This document shows positions 35,570-47,402 of a DNA stretch of 64,000 nt, piece by piece. The position numbers and the translations under genes were made by a program. Each line of letters begins with the position of its first letter. Within the stretch, counting starts at the first letter, position 1. Under the pieces are notes generated by a model. That model was given only the letters and a program-made list of their open reading frames with translations, made no database searches and was not told the origin of the DNA. This DNA is from Zygnema circumcarinatum SAG 698-1b (taxonomy: Eukaryota; Plantae; Zygnematophyceae): positions 1,054,001 through 1,118,000 of the forward strand of contig CM074811.1 of assembly GCA_037447605.1 (NCBI GenBank), in the 5' to 3' direction.

Positions 35570-35920
35570 CCCTAATTTGTAGGGGGTCAGATTAAAGTAC
35601 CCAACCTGCAAACATTGCAATTTCTATTTATTATAATTGTTTCGCAATAGCGTTTCATATGAATCATGTTTCCTTATGTATGGTCGGCCAATGGCATATG
35701 GGGAGATGTCATGTGAATTCTACATGGGGAAGGCATTGTTCATTTGCTCATGCATTGGAGGGAGAGGTTGAACTGAGGCTCTGTTTCTGGCTTGAAATGC
35801 CACATTGATGAGTGAACGTCAAGGAAATGGCCCCTTCGAGAAAACCAAACGCCCCATATTGTATGGGGCCGTTGATATGTGATAAACCGCAGAGAATGGA
35901 ATCACATGGCCCCCCATGGT

Positions 35921-36618
35921 TCCCCGTGGTTTCGCCCGCCCCCCTCGTGGTTTCGCCCGCTCTCCTCGCAGTGTCGCCGTTTCCCTCGTGGTTTCGTTCG
36001 CTCCTTCAGTCGTGGTTTCGCCCGCTCCACTCGTGGTTTCGCCCGCTCCACTCGTGGTTTCACCCGCTCCCCTCGTAGTTTCGCCCGCTCCCCTCGTGGT
36101 TTCGCCCTCTCCCCTTTCGTGGTTTCGCCCGCTCCCCTCTCCTGATTTCGCCCGCTCCCGTTCTCGTGGTTTCGCCCGCTCCCCTCTCGTGATTTCGCCC
36201 GCTCCCCCCTCGTGGTTTCGCCCGCTCCCCTTCTCGTGGTTTCGCCCGCTCCCCTTCTCGTGGTTTCGCCCACTCCCCTCGTAGTTTCGCCCGCTCCCCT
36301 TCTCGTGGTTTCGCCCGCTCCTCTCGTGGTTTCGCCCGCTCTCCTCGTGGTTTCGGCCGCTCCCCTCTCGTAGTTTCGCCCACTCCCCTCGTGGTTTCGC
36401 CCGCTCTCGTGGTTTCGCCCGCTCCCCTCGTGGTTTCGCCCGCTCCCCTCGTGGTTTCGCCCGCTCCCCTCGTGGTTTCGCCCGCTCCCCTCGTGGTTTC
36501 GCCCGCTCCCCTCGTAGTTTCGCCCGCTCCCCTCGTGGTTTCGCTCGCTCCCCTCGTGGTTTCGCCCGCTCCCCTCGTGGTTTCCGCCCGCTCCCCTCGT
36601 GGTTTTCGCCCGCTCCTC
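35921..36618. repeat. GC-rich minisatellite, ~21-bp unit CTCGTGGTTTCGCCCGCTCCC, roughly 30 copies
   Basis: Head-to-tail near-identical units with 1-3 nt length variants, located between the G-alpha stop and the STR6 ATG. Confidence 0.95.
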
Positions 36619-36889
36619 TGAGACGAATGAACCCCCGCTTTTATGCATCGAACGCCCCGAGGCCCAAGTCAATACGCCGAGAATTATCTCGATATAAATA
36701 TATCGATATGCATATATCATATTGATATATCGCTATCTATAACTGCCGATTTGAACGAGTCGTGGTATATTGCGATATATTTAGTACTATACGATATTTT
36801 ATGTTTTATATATCTCGATATTCTGAGATGTATCCCGGCTCTGTTCCCTCTCTCGGCCCTGCCACGCAGTCTGCAGAGGGGCGGCAGCC

Positions 36890-39800
36890 ATGGCGGAGCA
36901 GGGCGTGGCGCTCTACTACAGCTATGCGGCGCTGGAGGACCCGGCCGCCATGGCGGGCTGGCTCGGTGACCTCTGCCGCCGCCTTGAGCTGGTCGGCCGT
37001 GTGCGAGTCTCCGAGCAGGGCGTCAATGTCACGGTTAGAGCTGTGCTTCTCTCGGTCTCTCTCGCTCTCTGTCTCAGTCCCTCTCTCTCTCGTTCTCATA
37101 TTTATCCTCCCCCCTCCTTTCTTGAAATATTACCACAAGTTTACCATGAGACACAGTGCATAAATGACGCAGTGAGCTTCTCGATAGCCTCGTCGTTACA
37201 AAATTCTGTAACAAAATTTTGTGGATTTTACGATATCGATCATGAATGTCAAGAATGTAACAATTTCCCACAACGAAAGCAGAAATTTTAGCCTGACCTG
37301 CGATGGATAGCAAAATAGCCGACTAGCCAAAATTATGTATCACTTTTTTGACATGCTTAACTCTCTCTTTTTAAAATATGTGTCACATTCGCACTTTGGA
37401 AACTGCACAACCACTCCAAGGATATCAAATCGACGAATTCGATGAAATGCGAAGTGGTCGATATAGGAGTCGCAAAACTCCATGCTTTCGCTCTGTCCGG
37501 CCCCACCCCCCCCCTCTCACACATTCCCTCTCTCTCGCTCTCCGTCTCGGAGCCTCTCTATCTCTCTCTCCAGGTGGGAGGGTCTATGGAAGCTCTCAAA
37601 GCACACATTCAAGCAGTCGGCGCGCATCCCAACTTTGCTCACTGCGACTTTAAGCTTGACAGCTGTCGTGGGCCCCTCGACACCCGCATTGCAGCGGAGA
37701 CCGGATTTTCATCTCTCTCTGTTCGAGTTGTGAAGGTGATATTACAAATCTCGAACACTTACAAGTCATAAGAACCCGTGGAGTTACCTTTGGGCCTTAT
37801 GTTGGAGTGCATTCAATATAAGACAGACTGAGGGATGTGACTGGATAAGTGTTTGTGTGCCGAGAGCTATACAGGCATCCAGGCCTTCAGGCAATATCAT
37901 TATGTTTCAAGTCACATTTTTTTTTATTTTTTCATTTTTTCTTACAGGAGCTCGTGACGCTTGGACCAGACACAAACCCTAATTTGGAAATTGCTGGGCG
38001 TCATGTTAGCCCTCATCAATTTCATTCCATACTCTCCTCCGCTAAGGACCTCTCTGTAGCTTGCCCTTCATCAGAAACCTCCACTCCCACTCCCACCTCC
38101 ACTCCTCCTCTCTCTTTCTCTCCCACTCCCGACCCACTCCCAGCAGCTCCCGTGCCTCTCACAATAGATAGTGGGGGAACGTCAAGAAAAGAGAAGAGTG
38201 TTGACGAAAACGTGAAAGACAGCAAAAGTGATGCTCAATTTGAGGACCAGAGGGGTGATGAGAGGAGAGAGAGGAGAGGGGTGGAGGGAGAAAAGGAAAG
38301 AGAGGAAGCAGAGCCCCTGGTCAAGCCTGTGGTAGTTCTGGATGTGCGAAATGTGTACGAAAGCCGAATCGGAAAGTTTCAAAACATCCCAAATGTGGAA
38401 GTCTTGGAAGCTCCAATTCGGCAGTTCAGCGATCTGCCCAAGTGGCTGGAAGGGGAGAAGAATCGGCTTGAAAATCGACATATTCTAATGTAAGGAATTA
38501 AGAAAGGTGAGAGAAAGGGAGACTGAGAAGGAGAGTGAGCGAGAGAGTGAGATCGGGGAGATAAGGATAGGGAGCGGGAAAGGAAAAAGGAGCTAAAGGG
38601 GAGAGGGTGAGGCTTAAAGGGGGCATGGGTACGATTCTTTACTCCTCTCCCGCTCTCCTTTCGTTCGTTCTCATGCTCTCCTCTATCCCACTCTCTCTTG
38701 CCCTTTCCACCCTCTTCCACCTTTCTTGTCCTGTCGTTGTCACTCGTCCTATTCTCTCGCCCCTCTCTCACCCCTGGTGTCTCTCTCCGCCTATCTCTCT
38801 CCCGCTCTGAATGAGTGCTAATGTCCGCAGGTATTGCACAGGAGGCGTTCGATGTGAGAGTGCCTCAGCCTATGTCAGAGCTATGGGCCCAAAGTTTAAC
38901 AAAGTGGACCAGGTAGGAAGTCGTACCTTTTCATTCGGTACATGAGAAGCTCCACTTTCCTTCTCTCCTTTCTCTCCCCGCCCCTCTCCTCCCTCTTTCC
39001 TTTCTCTTTTTTCTTCGTGTGAGCAATAAAAGACCTCTCAGTAGGAAAGTTTGAAATATGAAACATCTGCATGTGCTTTCAATGGTTGTACTTCTGTACT
39101 TCAAATGAAGGGTCTGAAATGAGTCTGATTTTTGCTCAGGATGCTACCTCCATTCACTTTTTTTTTTTGAAAGCATGGGACCCACTTTTTCACAAGTCTT
39201 AAAGAAATTTTAGAACTAACTTATTTACTCGATGCATTCGCTTATCGCCAGAGCAGATTGAAGTTCCTGTCGCCTCTTTCTCTCCGACCCACCCCTCCCG
39301 CTCCCTCTTCCTCTCCCCTTCCTCATTTTCCCTTCTAGAATCTCTGCAGCTCTCAGGAGGGATAGTGCGTTACCTGGAGGCATATCCTGATGGCGGGTAT
39401 TTCTCTGGAAAGAATTTCGTTTTCGATCATCGGTACGACAAGAAGGGAAAAAAAAATCTTTCTTGGACCTCTGTCTTCCCTGTAAAGACTGTAAGACTCC
39501 GTTTCATCAGGTCGTAATCTTTGCATATTGGAACAAATAGCGGGTCGAAGAATGACCTCCTCGCTAGGAAAGACTGCTACTTTATAAAAGCCTTCCTCCT
39601 CTCAAAGTGAAGCATCAGCATAATCGTTGTTGACAATGTTTCTTTTGTATGCGAAATGTATGACAACCATATGCACTCTTGATGGGAAATGGCTTTTTTG
39701 CAGTATTGCAGTCGGCAGCAATGACCAGACTGTTGTGGGAACTTGTCTTATCTGCGAAGCTTCACATGATGACTACTCAGCACGATGCCGCTGTGCCAGC

Positions 39801-41682
39801 TGTCGCATGCTGGTGATTGTGTGCCATGGCTGCCAGGTACGGGACGGGGAATAGGGAGCGAGAGGAAGGAGAGAGAGAGGAGGGCGAGAGAAGGGAAGAG
39901 GGCGAGGGAGTGCGTAGTTGGGATATGGAAAGGGAGAGGTGGAAAGTAGGGAAGAAGGGACAGGGGGTGCCGTACAAAGGATGGGATTAGGGGGAGGGGA
40001 AGTGGCGGAGGAGGGGCAGGGGTGGGAATATGGAGAGATGGCGAGAGAGGGGAAGGGGGGAGGGGGGGGGGTTACGAGAAGGTTGAGATGAACGAGAATT
40101 GTTGTTAAATGCCGGTTGGATGTTAGAGCCTGTCATTCCTGTTGAACTGCTTTGAAGGGATTGGGAAGTCCGAGGGAGAGTGGAATTCCTCCCTCCCCCT
40201 CGTTTTACACTGTTTCCGAGCTGATTTGGCTGTTAGGAGGAACATGGGCTGCAACAGGAGGCAAGGGGGAAAGGGCTGCTTCCCCCCTACAGATGTGAGT
40301 TATGCTCCAAGGGAGAAGCCTCCGCATTGTTGCCACATCCTGAAAGCAATAGTGAGGCCATGATGCCCAAGTCCTCAATATCATATGATAATGAAGGGGA
40401 AGAAACGGGGGAAGGAGTAAGTGGACAAATGGAAACAAGCTCTTCTCTCAAACGGGATGCCCATGTGAGAGAAGAAAGGACAAAGGAGGGTGAACTTGTT
40501 GAGTATGGGAATGGAAAGGCTGAGCTCAAAGACGAGTCGTCCGGGAGAACAAGTTGTGGCCATGGAAGGCCTCGAAAACTGAGAATTTTATGTCTACATG
40601 GATTCCGTCAATCTGCGGTTCAGTTTCGTGGGAGGACCGCCGGACTGCAAAAGAAACTCCGAAATTTTGCAGAATTTGTTTTCATTGATGCTCCACATGC
40701 AGTTCCATTACTATACCAACCTCGCGGAGGGGAAGTGAGGGATGGGAAGATCGAAGATGGAGGTGAGAGGGAACAACATAATGAGGGAGAAAATAGGAAA
40801 GGAAAAAAGGAAGGGTCATTTGGCAAAGATGATGAGAAACGAGTGAACGGTTGTGTGGGAGAAGAGGGTGAGAGTGTCGGACAGGAGTTGGGAGGGGTGG
40901 GAGGAGAAGTGTGCAGAGGTAGGGAGAGGGAGACAGAGGGCGAGAGATTCTTTCTACCGCAGGCAGGCAGGCCAAGGTATGCGTGGCTAGTGGATACGGA
41001 TGTCTGTTCATTGGAAGATGGGAGGGGTCAGTCCTGTGGTGCGATACTGAGGGAGAGAGTTGGTAGAGAAGATAGTAAAGGGGAAGATTCTAAGGAAAAC
41101 GAGGAGCTCAAATCAAGTGACGCTGAAGGACGAGAGGATAAGGGAGTGGAGAGAGGTGGAAAAGAAGAACTTTGGGAGTTCAAGAAAGCCAAGGGACCTT
41201 TTTCGCCGCTTCAGTATATGAGCCAAAGGGGTGGATGGGAGGAATCGAAGGAATTTCTATTGGAGCTTTTGATTAGTAGGGGACCTTTTGACGGCGTGTT
41301 GGGATTCTCTCAAGGAGCAGCCGTCGCCTCTGCTCTCTCTGCGTTTGTTTTTGGGAAAGAGAGAGAAGATAAGCCCTGCAAGGACCCGCCTTTTTCTTTT
41401 GTGATATTGTGCTCGGGGTTTCGTTTTTCGGGAGATAGTAGTGAAGGTGACGTTTCTATGGAAAATGGGGAGAGGAGGGTACGTATTCCCTGCCCTTCCC
41501 TCCATATATTTGGAGGGGGGGGAGAGGGAGATAGGCAGATTTCTACAGAGGAGAGTGAGAGGCTTGTAGAGATGTATAATGAGGAAAGGCGGGTGGTGGT
41601 GAGGCATGGCTTCGGGCACATCATACCCATCAAGGAGGAGTTTACAACTGTTTACAAGAAGTTTCTTCAATCCTTTCTGTGA
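36890..41682 (+). CDS. STR6: Rhodanese-like domain protein 6: UPF0176/TrhO-type N-terminus, rhodanese domain and C-terminal FSH1 serine hydrolase
   Basis: VALYYSY..LVGRVRVSEQGVNVT|VGGS, VLDVRNVYESRIGKF, ILM|YCTGGVRCE, LSGGIVRYLE..FSGKNFVFDHR and a Cys-rich CRCASCRMLVIVC segment, then LRILCLHGFRQS and GVLGFSQGA (nucleophile elbow). Confidence 0.9.
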
Positions 41683-42846
41683 CCAACGATGAGAGATAGA
41701 GAGTAAATCGTTCTATTTTCTTAGCGTCTCTTTCGTTGAACGGCCTTGGTCGGACTGTTTGTGTCCGTGTGCCCATTTCTCCGTTCGTTTTTCGATAGTT
41801 GACGCCCTTTAATGTGATTGTTACCCTCACAACAGCCGAATGGTTTTTTAGGGCCTCCAATTGGTGGGGAGGGGGGGGACCAGCCAGCTATGTGCCATAC
41901 ATCTGAAATTCGAAATCCGCAGGTCAAGCAGCTGAAGTTCCGTAGTTGCGGCACAGGCCGAATTCCGCACGTCAAAAGGCCGAGCCGCTCAGAAGTTAAA
42001 GTAGAAAAAAAGAAATTAAATAACTAATAAACTGTGGTTCAACTTTACTGTCGTAATCTCGGACACGCTCAAAAAGTTGGTAAAGGGGAACGTTGAACGA
42101 ACCTCTAGAAAATTCGCGTTTCTTCGTCATGCCCAAATAGAAAACCAGGGAAAACTGGCGAAATCTCGATACCAATTAAACAATGGCAAATAGTGCGTCT
42201 CACGTCCATGTTTCTTGGGGTGTTTTCTTAAGGTGCCATGTGGTGTCCACGTGGCCCTCTTTTATTGGCGGTTGCCAGCTCGGAGCGACGCCCCCATTTA
42301 GCCTCCCTCCAGCCGGCTTGCACGCGCGAACGGTTCAAGTTCAACAAGTTAACGTTTCAGAGGTTGAACTCAGTTTCCAACTCCGGATCTTCAACCGGTT
42401 GAAGAAGGTTGAACCATGACAACCCAACCTCTGGATCAAAAACCCTTAAGGAGGATGCAGCAAGTACGAGAGAGGAAGCATGCATGCTTGTGCAAAAAAA
42501 ATGGCGTCTGCAAAATCTTCATTACTGGACCAGAAGGGACCTCTGAAGACTCTCCACTTCGTGCAGGAAGGGAAGGAGCAGCCTCTCCTCCAAAGCTCGC
42601 CCCACCCTCGCTTGTCTCACAACCCCCTATGGCGAACAAGGAGCTGCAGGTTTCTACTGCTCAAGAATGGTATTCGGGTCTGAAGGCAAAACCTCCCCTT
42701 TGGAGAAAAGGAACATTAACTGGAGCTCTGCTATAGGGAACCGTCAGAGTGTTGGGCATCCCCAGTCCGTTTGTACACACCACAAGAACGCGAATACCAC
42801 CTCTTCGACCAAAACTTGCTGCACCCCTCAGCCACTTGCTGACATC

Positions 42847-45800
42847 TTATGGCTCGGTGTCTCCCTTGCTTGCTGCGGCCTTGCCACTGCCACCTGTCCA
42901 CTTGGCCTCCTCAGTGGAATCCTTTCCAGTGATTTTGCCTGTGATCTCATCAATTTTCTGGTATAGCTCCTGCCTGTTGGGCTGCAATGCAAAAAAAAAA
43001 TACTAAAATAATCACTTTACGGACTGCGCCAATTATTTGAGAAACGAAGGACAGAGGAAAGACATGTGCAAAAGAAATCTTCAGCGGTAACATTGTCAGA
43101 AACCGCCAGAGCGCAAACGGAAGGCGACCACATGGAAGTACGACGTTACACTGCTAAGGTGATCCGGGGCATTTGCTGTACAAGGCCTGCGTTGGAACTT
43201 ACCGTGAAGAGAAGATATCTGTACACAAACCAGGTGCTGAAGCCGAGACCAACAAGCTCAAATAGCTTTGGAACCTGACAAGTATTCAAGAGAAGAGAGC
43301 AAATTTCAGAACTATTGCTCAGTACGGATGGACCAGAAGATATAACTCAACCACAAAACTCCCACCCTCTAAGAATGGAAAGCTGTGGACGCAATGAGAA
43401 CCACAAACCGCAGAAAAGCTAAAAAATGGCCAGTCATAACCCCCATAATCATGAAAGAGACAACAAACGTATCTTCTAAGTCTTTCCAATGAAACGTTCC
43501 AAAGGTGGACTTTTGGAATGAAACATATGTCCTTTGCAATTTCTTCCATTCTCCCTGCCCTCCCTTTCTCACGCTCAGTCTCGTTCCTCAACGATCCCAA
43601 CCCTTTCTGTCCAGCCAAGCAAATTTCCAGATGAAGGGAGGGGGCTTACGATAGGCACGGAATCAAAGGCTCCCAAAATTGCTGATGACAGCCATACGGC
43701 CACCAACGCACCTCCCGTGTAAATCAACACAGAGGGTTTGTCGTCCACCTTCTCCCACTGCACATATAAGCAAACAACGTAAGGGCTCAACTACGACTTA
43801 GACAAGTTCTCCTGTTAAAGCGGCGAGTGAAAGCTATACACTCAACAAAGCACTTAAAATTTTGTCCATAAGCGAATTCCGTCTCTGTTTTGCGGCAGAA
43901 GGACATCCATTCTATTTAAAAAAGATGGTAAAAGATAGCCACAGGGCAAGTCTGATCATGCTATCACCAGCATTTGCTATCTAAGACAGGTTAGAAGCTA
44001 GATCTGCACCATGGGTTTCCATATAGAACTCAGACAAATGACCTGCCTAACAAAAAAGCAAGGCAAACTGTATGAGAAATCCAAAATCATAAAGCATAAA
44101 ATCATAAATACAAAGCGAGGTCAGAAACCGTGAGGTCTTACCTTTGCCTGCAAATCAGCAATGACCTTCTGCGTCTGTGCTGTAACCTCCGAAGTTGATG
44201 TCTCCTCCTGAACTGCTTTTGGTGCAGGAAGAACTCTCCTCTTGGCAACTGAGTGAAACACCAGAAGGCAAGCCATTAAGGGAATGAAAGACGACAGGCA
44301 GTTCTGTGAACTTAATTCAATAATGATGTACATCCACAATTTCCTTTGAGCTCAGCTTCCACATTTTCAGGAGTACCAATGACTGAACAAATAATGCATC
44401 TACTTACAACCCTCCCGAGGTTCTTCCAAGACCAATACATCCTCTTGCGTCTGTAAAGGACCATTGTATTAACTAGTATGGTCCTTTATCAGAGTCCGAA
44501 ACGCTTCTAGAGTCATGTTAGACCTTCAACACCCTAACACAGCTCCCTGTTTATCCATAGAAAAGTAGCGGAGGAACATGCAATCACTTCGCAGCAAAGG
44601 TTCGTGTCTGCATGCAATGACTGCGGCCTACACACTGACTGTTGGAGATGTAACACAAAAAAAACAGTTCCTTCTGCAGCAGAACAGACCTTAGTAATGA
44701 ATTGACCGCATTGAGAAAAATGTTTTAGTCAGGCAAGCCTCACAGACTTTCAAGCCTAAAGTTGTCGAGTTGCCGTGCATACATCGCAAGACCAGACATT
44801 CGAGCTGACTTGATCGCTTAGAATGAAAGTGGTGGAGGAGAAAGAGGAGGCCCTGTCCAGTCAAGCTAAATCTGGCATGTACTCTGACCTGCAGATTCTG
44901 ACCAGCAGTTCAAACACGCTCTTCCCCGGAGTTCCTTTCATAGTATATACGGCATATGGACTAGAACCTGACACTCTGGAAGACAGAATACCTCGATTGG
45001 AAAGAAATAATCCGCAAAATATTTAGGATGGCGTCGCTGAAGACAGCTTGTAGACCAAATAGTTTATCAAACGAAGTCCCTTACAAAACAAGCATCATCT
45101 CAAAATGAGGATCGACAGTGAAGTTAAGCACTGTCTGGACCAACAAAACCCTAATCAGACGATCCGGCAAACTGGGCTTTGAAACTAAGCGCCAAAGCTT
45201 TACACAACATTTCTGTTCTAGTAAGTCATGAACTAGTAAGTCAGGCAATGCCTAGCTAATGGCCAAAGCCTACCATCAACGCACTGTTATATACAGTTAC
45301 AAGCGCGGGTAGCAGAGAACTATCAGCACTAATCCAGGCAGCAGGACATCTCGACTTCATAGAGCTCATGTAGTTCCATGATTTAAACAAGTCAAGGTGA
45401 GAAGGAGCCGGTGAGATTGTGTGGTCAACACAGGCTTCGAAAAAAGCTATCAAACGCGCAGCTCTCAAAATAGATTAACAACCTCCAGAAACTGAAGGTC
45501 ACAAACAAACCAGATCGCCAAATGTTTGCAACAGCATCACTTTTACTATCCCGTTTAATGGATACGAGTCACGCAGCAGTCAATGAAAAGAGATCCATGA
45601 TGTGATTTCAGGTTTTAAATCTACGTTTCCTGTGAGGAGAATCCGCGTGCACAGAGAGTCTTTTGTGCAGGCGAGGACGAAGTGTCAGCAATGCCACATC
45701 GAAACAGAAAAACTCATTGATCTTCAACTGTCGGGACGCCAAAACAATGAAGAGGAACTAAAAAACGACAATGCAAACTTCTCTGAAATTGCTGGTCCGG

Positions 45801-46063
45801 AGACCCCGTCATCGGAACGGCAATCTTGAAATATATGAATGAAGTCCACAAAAATGTGATGACAAGAAAAAACGACTTGAATAAATACGAATTTGTAGTG
45901 CGCAGTATCTCTCCTCACCAGAACGATCAATGTTGAACTTGATCGACGACCCGAGGATGCTCTTCTGCACTCTCAAGCTTCCAGATGATGCACCATGACT
46001 GCAGGTCGACACAGCGGCAGCTGCCCCCACAGAAAGCGTGCAAGTGACTGCGCAGGCGGCCAT
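42847..46063 (-). CDS. CURT1: CURVATURE THYLAKOID 1 protein (CURT1A-like), copy a, 5 exons
   Basis: Transit peptide exon 46063-45919, then AVQEETS..DLQAK|WEKVDDKPSVLIYTGGALVAVWLSSAILGAFDSVPI|VPKLFELVGLGFSTWFVYRYLLFT|PNRQEL. Confidence 0.92.
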
Positions 46064-46287
46064 AGCTGCAGCTGCTCCCTCCCTCGTGCAAGCTCCTCCC
46101 TCTCTCTCTCTCTTCTCTCCCGCTCTCCGTCAACTCTTCTCAACAAAGCGCTCCTGACAAAATGTCCCAAAAACCTGGTTTCTGCAAGAAAACTAGTTGG
46201 CAAAAAAAAAAACTTTGTGAAAATGAATAAAACGAATTTGGTTCTCTGCTGTTCCGTTAAACCACAACGGCTCCGATTACTCCGCGC

Positions 46288-46463
46288 CACGTGTCACGTT
46301 CACACACGTTTGAACGTTCCACGGAACGACGAGTCAAGCTGACGTGGCAGGCCGTCAAGTCGCAGCGTCCCGCGGAACGGTCGAGATTTCCGGTTCCATT
46401 GGGTGCCACGTGGTGCTCCAGCTCGGCTGGTCACGCATAGCGGGCATGCAGGTCTGCCACGTG
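46288..46463. promoter_or_regulatory. G-box cluster in the shared CURT1 divergent promoter
   Basis: GCCACGTG with CACGTG cores at 46288, 46407 and 46458, plus TGACGTGGC near 46340. Confidence 0.65.
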
Positions 46464-47153
46464 GTGAAAAAATCCGCCTGTGGCGCCTGGTGGCGCGCTC
46501 CCATTGACAGAGAAAGGGTGAGACGGATCTCCCGAGAACCGCCGGCGCTTTCCAACTGGCGCGCTCGGATTCGGGCACGATTTCACACTGAAATTTTGTA
46601 GATTCGGGGGATCATCCACGAAATAATTATCTTGGAGTTTGTGGTTTCTTAGGGCAAACCGGCGGTTTTATTTTTCAAACCGATGAGAGCGACAGGCGGG
46701 GAAAGGTTTTTGATGGAAGAATGTTTTTTTTTCTGCCCGTTTTGTTGGCTTAGAGCCTTTCGTGAACCGAAATTTTGATGAAGCGATTGGTGTCCGGCGC
46801 CTGCCCGTTATAACGGGCGGTAAGAAAAATAGTTTAATATAGTAAATCTGAACATCGATAATCTGTCTCAAACTGAGTTCCACGTTGTGACGCAACAATT
46901 GTGCCAGTCACACCCTCCAACATTGAATCAGTACAACTGGTAGGGAAGAAATTATTTTTTGAGTATTAATTCTATGTTTGAACAACTGACATTGTTTCCG
47001 CTTACAAAGTCGACGGCGTCCCGCTATGGTGCGGTGGAGAAATAGAAGCAGAAACTGAAAGGAGTGGAGAAAGGAGAAGGAGAAGGAGAAGGAGCGGGAG
47101 AGGGAGAGGGAGAGGGAGGAGGAGCAGGGCTCTCTCTTGCAGCTTGCAACGCA

Positions 47154-47357
47154 ATGGCTGCTATGATTACCGCCTCCCAGCGCGCAGCAAGCGTTTCTGT
47201 TGCAAGAGCAGCATCAAAGGAATATTTTGATGACTCCAGACGAGTTGTCGGAGCGCTGAGCTTCCTGGGAGGGCCTCTGCATAAAGGAAAAACTTTGAAG
47301 GTTCCGAGCATCGGTAAGGAAGTTCCAAATCTTTGAGCGCCAGGGATATATATATAT

Positions 47358-47402
<45 letters not shown>

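Noticed and set aside
35921-36618. CRISPR array, hammerhead ribozyme or E2F-site array interpretation of the 21-bp repeat
   Set aside because: Units are head-to-tail with no unique spacers. CGAAAC is present but there is no CUGAUGA core. TTTCGCCC does not fit TTTSSCGS.
35812-36720. Long ORFs on both strands across the minisatellite
   Set aside because: Artefacts of a stop-free 21-bp unit (VVSPAPL / GRNHEGS repeats).
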